A DNA stretch of 64,000 nucleotides, taken from positions 28,228 to 92,227 of the IMG/VR virus record IMGVR_UViG_3300029286_001043; one strand, given 5' to 3'. This DNA is from a virus (taxonomy: Duplodnaviria; Heunggongvirae; Uroviricota; Caudoviricetes). The notes beneath the pieces are model-generated. The model ran no database searches, was not told the origin of the DNA, and saw only the letters and a program-made list of their open reading frames with translations. The position numbers and the translations under genes are program-made. Shown here one piece after another: positions 29,194 to 38,397 of this stretch (positions within the stretch are counted from its first letter, which is position 1; every line of letters starts with the position of its first letter).

Positions 29194-29580
29194 CTATTTT
29201 TTGTCATCAACTTTTACTTGACCACTATCACAAAGTTGCCTTAGTAATTTAGCTACTGCATCACCACAACTAGTAGGAAAATTCTTTATTTTATCCGGGT
29301 CATCTAATTTAGCTTTTGCTCTAGTACAAGCCGGACAAGTAATTAATGTTAATTGATCGATTATCTCCTCTAGAGGTATTTCATATCTAAAGGCTAAAGA
29401 TAATATTCTTCCTATAGATTCTTGATTCGCTCTGCATCCTCCGAGTTTAGAACCATTAAGAAATATCTCATGTATCTTCCCTTGATTATAACCAACGGCA
29501 ATAAATAATGTACCACATCCTACCTTTACTTTCTTTATCCCTCCATCTAACATGTCAGGTCTTGTATGTTTATTCGGCAT
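29194..29580 (-). CDS. TSCPD-domain protein
   Basis: VGCGTLFIAVGY...GGCRANQESIGRILSLAFR...FPTSCGDAV resembles the TSCPD domain, which is often associated with ribonucleotide reductases. Confidence 0.45.
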   Translation of the reverse strand: MPNKHTRPDMLDGGIKKVKVGCGTLFIAVGYNQGKIHEIFLNGSKLGGCRANQESIGRILSLAFRYEIPLEEIIDQLTLITCPACTRAKAKLDDPDKIKNFPTSCGDAVAKLLRQLCDSGQVKVDDKK

Positions 29581-29591
29581 TTTACACTCCT

Positions 29592-30248
29592 TTACAAATC
29601 AATAATTATTGGCTGATTAACTAGTTCATATGTTTCATCACAATTAGAAGCATTGATAAATTGTATGCCTTCTCTTTTAAATATTCCATAACATCCATGA
29701 ATATGTCCAAAACAGTGTACCTTTAATTGTTCTAATTGTTTTAATCTATTTAATAAATCAAAGCAGCCTACTGATTCTCCATTAACCTTTTGATGGTCAT
29801 AATCAAACCTGTCGGCAGTCTTATCTAATATGCCATAAGCTGGGCCATGTGTAATCAATACATCAGTGTCTTTAGGTATCATATTCCAATGTCTTTTAAT
29901 ATCATCCCCTCTATCAGCCATAAACCACCACTCACCAAATCTCGGAGTAAATGGAGAACCCCAAAACGTTATACCGTCAATTGAACACCCGGTGTTTTCT
30001 AAATATTCTGCATTATTTAATACTTTTCTATTCCAGTTATACGAAAACGCGTATAGCGGATAGTCATGATTCCCGGCAATTACTATCTTATGTTTAACTG
30101 GTAGTTCACCTAGCCAATTGTTAAAGTCTACAACTTCCTTTTCTACATTCATACCACACATATCGCCAGCAAAAATTAACACATCACAATCGGGAATTGT
30201 TAATTGCCGGTGTAGATTGTGAGTATCAGATATGACGCAAAGTCTCAT
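29592..30248 (-). CDS. calcineurin-like metallophosphoesterase
   Basis: Motifs ISDTHN, AGDM, AGNHD, GHIHG. Confidence 0.7.
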   Translation of the reverse strand: MRLCVISDTHNLHRQLTIPDCDVLIFAGDMCGMNVEKEVVDFNNWLGELPVKHKIVIAGNHDYPLYAFSYNWNRKVLNNAEYLENTGCSIDGITFWGSPFTPRFGEWWFMADRGDDIKRHWNMIPKDTDVLITHGPAYGILDKTADRFDYDHQKVNGESVGCFDLLNRLKQLEQLKVHCFGHIHGCYGIFKREGIQFINASNCDETYELVNQPIIIDL

Positions 30249-30427
30249 TCATTCTCCTTAATATAATTCTTTATACCTGTTAATATACAAGAATTTATAA
30301 ATTTGTTATCATATTTCTTATGGCGCTTCTTCGCTACTGATTTTAATATTGATTGATCGCTATCATTTAATTCATATACAATAGTAGCTGAACCATTTTT
30401 ATTTTCTTTGATTGATATTACACGCAT
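30245..30427 (-). CDS. hypothetical small protein
   Basis: 60-aa ORF, translationally coupled. Confidence 0.3.
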   Translation of the reverse strand: MRVISIKENKNGSATIVYELNDSDQSILKSVAKKRHKKYDNKFINSCILTGIKNYIKENE

Positions 30428-31005
30428 ATTAAATCTCCTAATTTAATATATTCTTTTTCATACCCCTTTTGCTTTAACCATAATGAATACTTACTAAATA
30501 ATTCTTCAAATGTTATCGGCATAAATTTATGTACATCTACTCCTATATTAATAGCGTCAGTAATCGCCGATCCATTTATAATCCGTTTAAATGCCCAGTT
30601 CTGATGAACATGACCTGTAAAATTAATATCATAATTGAAATCTACCATTTCAGGCTTATGAACTATATTAATCCTTTTACCACCATATCCTATTACTAAT
30701 CGTTCGACTATAGTCTTAAGCGAATTATTGCTATCGTGATTACCTTTAATAAATATCTTATTCCCATATAATTGATTTATATAAAACTCGGCTTTATTCT
30801 GTTCTCCTTCTCCGATCTTACCACCTGGACTATTCTTAAAACAGAAATCACCATTGAAAATTACTACATCTTCAGGTTTTACTCGGCTATTATGATTTCT
30901 AATTAATACCGCATCCATGTGATTTACATCTTTAAACGGCCGATCACAGTATTTAATTATGTTTGCGTGGCCATAATGAGTATCAGCAGTATAGAAGTAT
31001 TTCAT
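30418..31005 (-). CDS. calcineurin-like metallophosphoesterase (second copy)
   Basis: Motifs ADTHYGH, NGDF, GNHD, GHVH. Confidence 0.7.
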   Translation of the reverse strand: MKYFYTADTHYGHANIIKYCDRPFKDVNHMDAVLIRNHNSRVKPEDVVIFNGDFCFKNSPGGKIGEGEQNKAEFYINQLYGNKIFIKGNHDSNNSLKTIVERLVIGYGGKRINIVHKPEMVDFNYDINFTGHVHQNWAFKRIINGSAITDAINIGVDVHKFMPITFEELFSKYSLWLKQKGYEKEYIKLGDLICV

Positions 31006-31014
31006 TGTATAATC

Positions 31015-31224
31015 CTAATCACTTGATTTTATATCCTTATCTACAAATTTAATACATATATCACTCATAAATTGTTTTTGATAATTACTATATCTAATAC
31101 ATTCATCGCAAGTAGTCTTCCCTGTAGTTCCTATTCCACTAATAGCAATACCATAATCTCGAACTCGGCAATCGGATTTCATACAAAAATTTATATTCCA
31201 ACTACCTCTTGATTTATGACCCAT
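31015..31224 (-). CDS. small Cys-rich protein
   Basis: 69 aa with CxxxC...CDEC. Confidence 0.3.
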   Translation of the reverse strand: MGHKSRGSWNINFCMKSDCRVRDYGIAISGIGTTGKTTCDECIRYSNYQKQFMSDICIKFVDKDIKSSD

Positions 31225-31225
31225 T

Positions 31226-31441
31226 TTAGCTTCTAGTCCATACTAATAATTTAGCTTGACATAAAGATTTAGGACAACTATGTTTAATAGTTGACCTAAA
31301 ACACCCAGAAACTGAAGTCATTGGAAAAATCTCACCTTGTTTACCATAGGTCCATTCTAAAAGTTTATCATAGTCATCAATTTTCATACCACCTGCATCA
31401 CAATAATCACAATTAACAATTTCTTTATTAGTTATACTCAT
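31226..31441 (-). CDS. small Cys-rich protein
   Basis: 71 aa with CDYCD...C. Confidence 0.3.
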   Translation of the reverse strand: MSITNKEIVNCDYCDAGGMKIDDYDKLLEWTYGKQGEIFPMTSVSGCFRSTIKHSCPKSLCQAKLLVWTRS

Positions 31442-31672
31442 TTATCCTCCTCATTTAATAACAATCACACCATCTTTCAAATTCACCACAACATACACAA
31501 ACTACTTCACTCATTTTAACACCTCCCAAATATATGCTTAAATGTACTATTACTAATCTTGTACTCGTTTACTGATAACTTAGTTTTATCAACTTCATGA
31601 CCCCATATAATCCAAATATTATATCCTAAATTAGCTAAAAATTCCCGTTTTTGTTCATCATTAGGTAACATA

Positions 31673-32707
31673 TTACATCTCCAACCATTTCTTATTTTCT
31701 GGTTTTAATGACCATTCAATAGTCTTTTTTATAGATTCTTTTAAATCTAATTTCGGTCTAAACCCTAACTTCTTTAATTTACTACCATCTAGTGCATAAC
31801 GCAAATCGTGGCCTGGACGGCTTGAGTGGAAATCAACCATTTTGTAATTTAATTTTTTACCAACTACCTTGGCTATAAATTTAGCCAATTCTAAATTATC
31901 CATCTCTGGACCAACTATATTAATTTTATCACGAGTAACTGGATTTTTATTTAACATAAATAATAAAGCATCTGCTACAGTTCTAGCATGAATCCAACAA
32001 CGTGAACCGGCATGTTTCTTTGTCTTATCAGAATGAACTGACAACATTGTACCTTTAAGTACACAATTAATAACCTTCGGTATATACTTCTCAGGAAATT
32101 GCCGTTCCCCACAAACATTCATTGTGTGGCTAATTAACATTGGTATCTTATATGTATTAGCATAAGCTAAACACAATTCCTCCCCACCGGCTTTAGAAGC
32201 TGAATAAGGATTAGTACTATCATATCTATCCCATTCTTTATAAAACTTACCTCTAGGCGCTGGACCAAATACTTCATCTGTACTAAAGTATACAAATTGC
32301 TTAAATGTTTGAGTAATACCTGAACAACCAATAGAAGGAGAATAAGGTTGATTTAAATATTTAGCATACTCTAACATTCTCATTGTTCCTACTACATTAC
32401 TCATAACAAAGGGTACTGGATCTTCTATTGACCTATCAACATGTGTTTCAGCAGCCATATGTACTATGTAATTTATATCCCTACCTACTTCCTGCTTAAC
32501 ACCATCTGAAATACCAGTAACTAAATCTACATTAAATATCTTTATTCTTTTGTCATCAAAAACATTTATGTCTCTTAATCTATCATAGCCATTGGAGGCA
32601 TAAGTAAGCTTATCAAAAATAACAATATCCCAATCGGTATTCTTTATTAGATGTTCTATAAAGTGGTGCCCAATAAATCCACAGCCTCCAGTAACTATTA
32701 TTTTCAT
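31673..32707 (-). CDS. NAD-dependent NDP-sugar epimerase/dehydratase, dTDP-glucose 4,6-dehydratase (RmlB)-like
   Basis: N-terminal Rossmann IIVTGGCGFIGHH. Catalytic YSASKAGGEEL (YxxxK) as in RmlB PYSASKA. 344 aa. Confidence 0.7.
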   Translation of the reverse strand: MKIIVTGGCGFIGHHFIEHLIKNTDWDIVIFDKLTYASNGYDRLRDINVFDDKRIKIFNVDLVTGISDGVKQEVGRDINYIVHMAAETHVDRSIEDPVPFVMSNVVGTMRMLEYAKYLNQPYSPSIGCSGITQTFKQFVYFSTDEVFGPAPRGKFYKEWDRYDSTNPYSASKAGGEELCLAYANTYKIPMLISHTMNVCGERQFPEKYIPKVINCVLKGTMLSVHSDKTKKHAGSRCWIHARTVADALLFMLNKNPVTRDKINIVGPEMDNLELAKFIAKVVGKKLNYKMVDFHSSRPGHDLRYALDGSKLKKLGFRPKLDLKESIKKTIEWSLKPENKKWLEM

Positions 32708-32946
32708 TATGCCTCCTTAATAATGCTTTCTATATAATCAATAGCGTCTTTAACTGTAATCATTTTCTCAGCGACTTCATCTGATATTTCTATTGCATAT
32801 TCCTCTTCTAATCTCATTACTAATTCAACTGTGTCTAAAGAATCGGCACCTAAGTCCTCAATAAATTCTGCATCATCAGTTACTTTACTTATATCTACCC
32901 CTAAATGTTCAGCTACAATTTCCCGTATCTTTTCCTTTATACCCAT
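32707..32946 (-). CDS. acp: acyl carrier protein
   Basis: 79 aa. [19 protein letters not shown] carries the phosphopantetheine-attachment DSL motif. Confidence 0.8.
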   Translation of the reverse strand: MGIKEKIREIVAEHLGVDISKVTDDAEFIEDLGADSLDTVELVMRLEEEYAIEISDEVAEKMITVKDAIDYIESIIKEA

Positions 32947-32947
32947 A

Positions 32948-33265
32948 TTACCCTCCTAAATTATTTTCAATTAGTACTTGATATAATCCGCATTCTAATC
33001 GTTCAATGTTATCATGTTCTATATTAAGACATAAATGAGAATTAATTACTTCTATTATTTCATGTATAAAAGTACTCTCTACCATTTGTCTGGCAGCTTT
33101 ACGATCAAGAAATATAGTCAAACACTCAGAAACAAAATACCCGAAAAACTCTTTGTCTTTATCTTCTTCTAATAAGTAAGGTTTAATTGCGTTAACAAAA
33201 TCATCCGTTATTAATACCTTATAGTTAATTCCAAGTATCTTTATGTTTTCAGGTATATTTATCAT
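32948..33265 (-). CDS. hypothetical protein adjacent to ACP
   Basis: 105-aa ORF coupled to the acp gene. Confidence 0.4.
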   Translation of the reverse strand: MINIPENIKILGINYKVLITDDFVNAIKPYLLEEDKDKEFFGYFVSECLTIFLDRKAARQMVESTFIHEIIEVINSHLCLNIEHDNIERLECGLYQVLIENNLGG

Positions 33266-33435
33266 AAATGTTTTTTAGCTAACCTATGTGGTTGTATCTT
33301 CATTAATTCATATCTAGTTTTGCTTGTTGCATCTACAAATTTATCTAACTTCTTCAATTGTTCTAATCGTTTCTTAATAATCTTTTCAGCTATTTTACGC
33401 CTTTTCTCTCTATCCATTATTACTCCTAAAGGTTA

Positions 33436-33666
33436 TTACTTTTCGTTTATCTTCCTTATCTTCGAAATGTAAAAATCTAATGGCTTTAATTCCTTTCGAT
33501 AGGATGGAACTTTAGTATTCTTATTTATTATAGCAGGAGTCTCTCTTATCTTTAAAACCCGATTATACCATTTAGTTATACGAGCTACTTTTTTATTGTA
33601 TACAGCAGAACTTCGTTTCTTAACTGGTGTTGACCTTCGTTTAACTAGCGTTTTTTCTTTTTTCAT
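33436..33666 (-). CDS. small basic protein, paralogue of ORF 28005..28238
   Basis: 76 aa, MKKEKTLVKRRSTPVKKRS...YRKELKPLDFYISKIRK. Confidence 0.45.
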   Translation of the reverse strand: MKKEKTLVKRRSTPVKKRSSAVYNKKVARITKWYNRVLKIRETPAIINKNTKVPSYRKELKPLDFYISKIRKINEK

Positions 33667-34165
33667 TCGATCTCCTTTTAAAATAGTTTTGCCAATATTC
33701 TCGTTTTTGATTAGTTTTTGAATGACAAGATTTACAAAGTGTAATTAAATTATCTGAATTACAATTCTCTTTATTATAATCAATATGATGACAACTTGTT
33801 GCCGGTTCTTTCTGGCATAATTGACAAGTATAATGATCTCTTTCACGAATACTTCTTTTAAGAGTTCCAACCCAATCAACAGAATAAAGATCTTTACTTA
33901 TCCCACCTTTCCAATTATAATGATCAGAACCTTTATTTTTATCGCTTAGTCTAACTCCTTCGCTAACTTGTTTTTTGTGATATTCAGAAAGAGATTTACC
34001 TAAATGTCCTTTAGCAATCTGTCTCTTATGATATTTAGAAAGAGGTTTACCAGTACGAGTTTTACTCATTTTCATCCTAGTTTCAGCCGAAGGAAGCAAT
34101 CCTTTATGCGATTCACTTATTTTTCTTCGTATAGCTTTAGTTCTAATATATTCGCCGGGTTTCAT
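33641..34165 (-). CDS. HNH homing endonuclease-like protein with NUMOD-like repeats
   Basis: RDHYTCQLCQKEPATSCHHIDYNKENCNSDNLITLCKSCH. Repeats KPLSKYHKRQIAKGHLGKSLSEYHKKQVSEG. Confidence 0.7.
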   Translation of the reverse strand: MKPGEYIRTKAIRRKISESHKGLLPSAETRMKMSKTRTGKPLSKYHKRQIAKGHLGKSLSEYHKKQVSEGVRLSDKNKGSDHYNWKGGISKDLYSVDWVGTLKRSIRERDHYTCQLCQKEPATSCHHIDYNKENCNSDNLITLCKSCHSKTNQKREYWQNYFKRRSNEKRKNAS

Positions 34166-34167
34166 AT

Positions 34168-34668
34168 TTAAATAGATTTATATTTATGAAAAATCTTTCT
34201 TAATTGATCAACAGTACTTATTCGAGCAATTGGATTTTTAACATGCCTATTGTATTTCCAATCGATCAAAATTATCTTCGAATAATCTTTGAACATTGGG
34301 TAATCTTCTACTAATACTACATCTTTCTTTCGGCATAGAGTCCTGAATTTTTCATGGTGCTTAAAATACTTTATACTAAAGTTCTTGAAATACTTCTTAA
34401 TCCACTTCTCGGTATGTACTTGCCAATCATCGGGTTGAGCTGACCAAAATTCTATATGATTATTATTGCCGTACTTCTGTATTATATCACAATATTTAGT
34501 AGGTTTAGCATTTATTAATACTGAATAATCCTCTCTAACATAATCAAAGATCGTCTTTCCTTTATGATGCCATACCCAATTCTTAACTGGCCGTAAACAA
34601 CCATATCTTTCCTTTATTATCCCCATCAAATCTCTTACTACCCCGTCGATGTCGAAGACAATCTTCAT
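34168..34668 (-). CDS. HAD-superfamily hydrolase, 5'(3')-deoxyribonucleotidase-like
   Basis: N-terminal MKIVFDIDGVV (DxDG motif I), ~165 aa, as in phage NT5C-type nucleotidases. Confidence 0.45.
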   Translation of the reverse strand: MKIVFDIDGVVRDLMGIIKERYGCLRPVKNWVWHHKGKTIFDYVREDYSVLINAKPTKYCDIIQKYGNNNHIEFWSAQPDDWQVHTEKWIKKYFKNFSIKYFKHHEKFRTLCRKKDVVLVEDYPMFKDYSKIILIDWKYNRHVKNPIARISTVDQLRKIFHKYKSI

Positions 34669-35384
34669 TTTCTATAAATTTCAGATATTTTATCCGAATA
34701 AAAATTTTGCCAATATTCTCGCCTATAATTAGCTTTCGAATTACAACTGACACATAGTGTAATTAAATTCGTCGGTTTAATATTCTTTTTATTATAATCT
34801 ATATGATGAACTGATAATCTTAAATTATTAATCAGAACAGATTTAAATTCTGAAATTTTACAATTTTGACAAATATAGACATCTCGTTTTTTAATTTTTC
34901 CAATTAATTCAGTATTAAATTTAACGGGATAATCAGAAATACCGCTACGTCCATCTATATATGTTGGCCATTTAGTAGGGTCTTTAAGATACCGTTTATG
35001 TGCCTTTAATGCTATTAATCTCCTAGTTTTTTCAGAATGCGGGGTATTATGAATATTATTATTCTGCATTCTAATACTCTGTTCTTTATTTTTCCGCCCG
35101 ATTAATGCCCTTTTAATCTTTCTAATCATGGCCTTAGTAATCTTCGGTTTTTTACCGAACATCCCATTAAATTTACCATTTCGAGCACATGACCCGCATC
35201 TTTTAGCCGATAAAGTTACTATCTTTTTATTGCAATCAAGACAATAAACATCTCTATTTAATTCAGGATTAAAATTCCAAGGTTTTCTGCCTTTAGGCGC
35301 GCCCATTTTTCCCTTCAATATAACAAATATGTGATAATAATACATAGTTAAATAGGTCAATAAAAGAATCCTGCACCGATTCAT
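34665..35384 (-). CDS. HNH homing endonuclease-like protein with N-terminal Zn fingers
   Basis: CLDCNKK...CGSCARNGK and SVHHIDYNKKNIKPTNLITLCVSCN. Confidence 0.65.
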   Translation of the reverse strand: MNRCRILLLTYLTMYYYHIFVILKGKMGAPKGRKPWNFNPELNRDVYCLDCNKKIVTLSAKRCGSCARNGKFNGMFGKKPKITKAMIRKIKRALIGRKNKEQSIRMQNNNIHNTPHSEKTRRLIALKAHKRYLKDPTKWPTYIDGRSGISDYPVKFNTELIGKIKKRDVYICQNCKISEFKSVLINNLRLSVHHIDYNKKNIKPTNLITLCVSCNSKANYRREYWQNFYSDKISEIYRK

Positions 35385-35628
35385 TATTCGGAGATTTATT
35401 TCCTTTAGTTAAATTCATTATTCTATCAATTTTTAATACGCACATAAATAGACCATATTCATGAAGATTTGAAAAATCAAACCTATACTCCTTAGCAATC
35501 TTAGTAACTCGCTTGAAATTAATAAGTACATCATCAATTTCAGCATAGTCATGAGACTTAGACTTTAATACATTAGCACTCTTTCCCATAAACTCATCTA
35601 CGATCTTATTGAACTCTTTTCTATCCAT
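35293..35628 (-). CDS. hypothetical protein
   Basis: 111-aa ORF. Its 3' part overlaps the HNH gene and may be shorter. Confidence 0.35.
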   Translation of the reverse strand: MDRKEFNKIVDEFMGKSANVLKSKSHDYAEIDDVLINFKRVTKIAKEYRFDFSNLHEYGLFMCVLKIDRIMNLTKGNKSPNNESVQDSFIDLFNYVLLSHICYIEGKNGRA

Positions 35629-35918
35629 TAGTCCTCCACTTTTTCATATGTCTGTTCAAATATATCAGGTTTACAAGGATAACATTCGCCTTTAACTCCT
35701 CTAATAATCCAATCATATGGCCGTGCTTCCATTACACCTTCAAGTGTTTCAATAAGCAAGGATGTATCATTTTGCTTTAATCTATACAGTCCTACAAACT
35801 CCGCCATTTCCAGTACATTTTGACAATTCCACTGAATAGCTTCTATTACTACAGGTTTCTTCCGGTATTTCATACTATTGCCCAAATTAATGAACCTAAC
35901 CACCCAATAAACGTCCAT
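35628..35918 (-). CDS. hypothetical protein
   Basis: 96-aa ORF. Confidence 0.35.
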   Translation of the reverse strand: MDVYWVVRFINLGNSMKYRKKPVVIEAIQWNCQNVLEMAEFVGLYRLKQNDTSLLIETLEGVMEARPYDWIIRGVKGECYPCKPDIFEQTYEKVED

Positions 35919-36070
35919 CCTGTAAATAGATTAACTAAAAATATTGCTAATGTATCTATATGACACTTTGACATTGCCACTAGTGTAGGAAGGAAATACA
36001 ATCCAATAAGAAAAGCTATAAATCCTACCGCTAAAACTAATAAAAGTATTGTTTCAATAGTACCTTTCAT
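35870..36070 (-). CDS. small two-TM membrane protein, superinfection-immunity (Imm)-like
   Basis: 66 aa. YFLPTLVAMS...LFTGWTFIGWLGSLIWAIV resembles the FLPTIIA...LLGWTGIGWIIALIWA pattern of the Imm_superinfect family. Confidence 0.4.
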   Translation of the reverse strand: MKGTIETILLLVLAVGFIAFLIGLYFLPTLVAMSKCHIDTLAIFLVNLFTGWTFIGWLGSLIWAIV

Positions 36071-36071
36071 C

Positions 36072-36566
36072 CTACCCCTCCTTAACTGCTTCTATTGCAT
36101 TATTAATATGTACAGCAGTACTATCTTTCTTCTCGGCAGTAGTAGCAATCCTATGTGCTTTCCAGAATGGCGATCCCTTTTCCATCTCTTTAAATTCCGC
36201 TATTTCATGAGTAACTACCGCATTAAAGAATGCTGGAGATACTTTACCACTTTTCCGGTTACACCCGCAATCATAATTAGAATTTCGATAATGATGAGTA
36301 CTGACCCATATTTCATGTATCGGAATAAATTCATGAACATATCCATGTCCACCATGTCCATATAGAACACTTAAATTATTTCTAACCCATTCTCCATCAA
36401 CCGCAAATATAGTGAATCCATCTTGCTGTCTAAGATATTTCTTCCAAATACCGTTGACAGAAAAGGTAGTATCTTTATAGTCCGCCCTCTTCTGGACATC
36501 CTTCTCTAATGTTTCACAAAAATTATATCGTTTTACTTTTTTATACGTGCCCATAGTAAGAATCAA
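36072..36566 (-). CDS. hypothetical protein (His-rich, possible metal-binding)
   Basis: 164 aa with HGGHGYVHEF and THEIAEF. Confidence 0.4.
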   Translation of the reverse strand: MILTMGTYKKVKRYNFCETLEKDVQKRADYKDTTFSVNGIWKKYLRQQDGFTIFAVDGEWVRNNLSVLYGHGGHGYVHEFIPIHEIWVSTHHYRNSNYDCGCNRKSGKVSPAFFNAVVTHEIAEFKEMEKGSPFWKAHRIATTAEKKDSTAVHINNAIEAVKEG

Positions 36567-36831
36567 AAGCTCTATATCTTCGTTTAGTTAATTTAACACT
36601 AATATAATTTCCTATTGCACAACTTATACAGTAGAAAAATATCATCCAGGCAGTATCATTACTCTTTATCGCCCAAGCCACAACCGTCAGATTAATTGCT
36701 AAACATAAGAACCCCATTAAAGAAGATAATACAGCTTTACCATCAACCGCGAACAGCGTCCAATTAGTAGCAATATATTGCTCGATCGTCCCAACAAATA
36801 AAACTATAATATAATTAACATAATTTGGCAT
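36541..36831 (-). CDS. small membrane protein
   Basis: 96 aa, three hydrophobic segments. Confidence 0.35.
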   Translation of the reverse strand: MPNYVNYIIVLFVGTIEQYIATNWTLFAVDGKAVLSSLMGFLCLAINLTVVAWAIKSNDTAWMIFFYCISCAIGNYISVKLTKRRYRAFDSYYGHV

Positions 36832-37006
36832 TTTTTATTTTGATCTGCATAAACATAATGTATTAACTATACAGGTATTACAGCTTATCTTACTCGCTTT
36901 AACGCATCCTCTAATATATCCTTTTTCGTACCATACATGATAAAATGGAAATTCTTTACTTATCTGCTTATTAACATCTACTTCAAATCCGTCCTCTTCC
37001 ATTTTA

Positions 37007-38122
37007 CTAATTCTTACTTTTTAAATCAACAGCATAAAAAAATGTTTGCACTCTATTTTCATTAACGCCCCAAACGAGTTGTATAGGATTAGAATATTTA
37101 GCCATACTCTCCGATAACCCATCACCGCCAACAGTAGATGGACCTCTAAACACGCGTATTCCATCGACATCATATAATCCAAAATGGTGCCAATGCCCAT
37201 AAACTATAGCTTTTGCACAATGCTCTTTAGCCCACGCACTAAATTTTACTCGGCCGGACGGAGTATCCGGCTGTTCAGGTGCTAAATGCCGAATAAGATA
37301 ACAGTGTCCTCGGATATCAAACGTCATATAATCTGTCTCAACATATTTAATTTTAAATTTACTATTTTTTAATTCAGCTTTTGACCAGTATTCTAATATC
37401 ATATATATCATTAAATCCCAATTAGCTGTAGGATCAGTATCTTTACCCGTCCGACCGTGATTCCCTTTGACTCCGTAAAAAGTAACTGGTAATTTCCGGG
37501 CTAATAACGCTTTTATCAATTTACCAACAACCTTAACTACTAACATAACTTGTTTAGGCGGCGCTAATTCCTGTTCATAAGCTTGAGTAGCATAAATATC
37601 TTCGCCATTAGCCTGATCCCCGGTTGATATTATCACAACATCAGTAATCGGTACACCTTTACTAATATTATTATCAAGTAACTTTAATATCTGCTTACAT
37701 AATTTATCTAATCGTTCTATAAAAATATTCTCATCATAAATAATCCTGCCCTCTTGATCCTTTACAATTTTTCCGGCATGGAGATCTGACAATTGTATTA
37801 CTAAAGTATCGCCAGACTTAGAAATTTTAAATTCCTTATCGGCATACTGTTCTATTTTACTCAATTCAATCTCTAATAGTTTTATAATAATTTTTGAGCG
37901 GTCAGATGATTTTACTGAAGGATTCGGAGAAAATATATTAGAACCAATAACTTTATTTTTCCGAGTAATGCCAAATCGCCCTAAAGTATGTTCAACTGCG
38001 CTAACAGTAGAACTTAAAGTTTCGGCAATCTTAAAATTATTAAACCCTAAATCAACTAATTCTCTCAATCTCTTTACACGTTCAGGAGGCCACTTACAGC
38101 GGGAATCTTTTTTCTTAATCAT
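37007..38122 (-). CDS. metallophosphoesterase with N-terminal sigma-r4/LuxR-like HTH
   Basis: HTH RVKRLRELVDLGFNNFKIAETL. Phosphoesterase motifs LSDLHAG, GDQANGED, GNHG, GHWHH. Confidence 0.6.
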   Translation of the reverse strand: MIKKKDSRCKWPPERVKRLRELVDLGFNNFKIAETLSSTVSAVEHTLGRFGITRKNKVIGSNIFSPNPSVKSSDRSKIIIKLLEIELSKIEQYADKEFKISKSGDTLVIQLSDLHAGKIVKDQEGRIIYDENIFIERLDKLCKQILKLLDNNISKGVPITDVVIISTGDQANGEDIYATQAYEQELAPPKQVMLVVKVVGKLIKALLARKLPVTFYGVKGNHGRTGKDTDPTANWDLMIYMILEYWSKAELKNSKFKIKYVETDYMTFDIRGHCYLIRHLAPEQPDTPSGRVKFSAWAKEHCAKAIVYGHWHHFGLYDVDGIRVFRGPSTVGGDGLSESMAKYSNPIQLVWGVNENRVQTFFYAVDLKSKN

Positions 38123-38397
38123 TAAAATACCCTTAAGTTATAAAAAGCTTTTGATAATAAGGTTTGAATGCCTGAAAGTTTTGAACCTTTAAGCCTTTTA
38201 TTACTTCTATACCCCAATTTATATAGCACTACAACAAATTTATTAAGTCGGTCTGAATACAACTTACTCAAAGTATCTAACTCTAATTTTTTACACCCGA
38301 TAGACATAGCAGCAAGAAAATTCATTATTTTAATAATATCATCGGTATCGTTAGCAGTAACTTCCGAAATTGCAATTAATATTGAATCATCTTCCAT
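38122..38397 (-). CDS. hypothetical small protein
   Basis: 91-aa ORF. Confidence 0.3.
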   Translation of the reverse strand: MEDDSILIAISEVTANDTDDIIKIMNFLAAMSIGCKKLELDTLSKLYSDRLNKFVVVLYKLGYRSNKRLKGSKLSGIQTLLSKAFYNLRVF

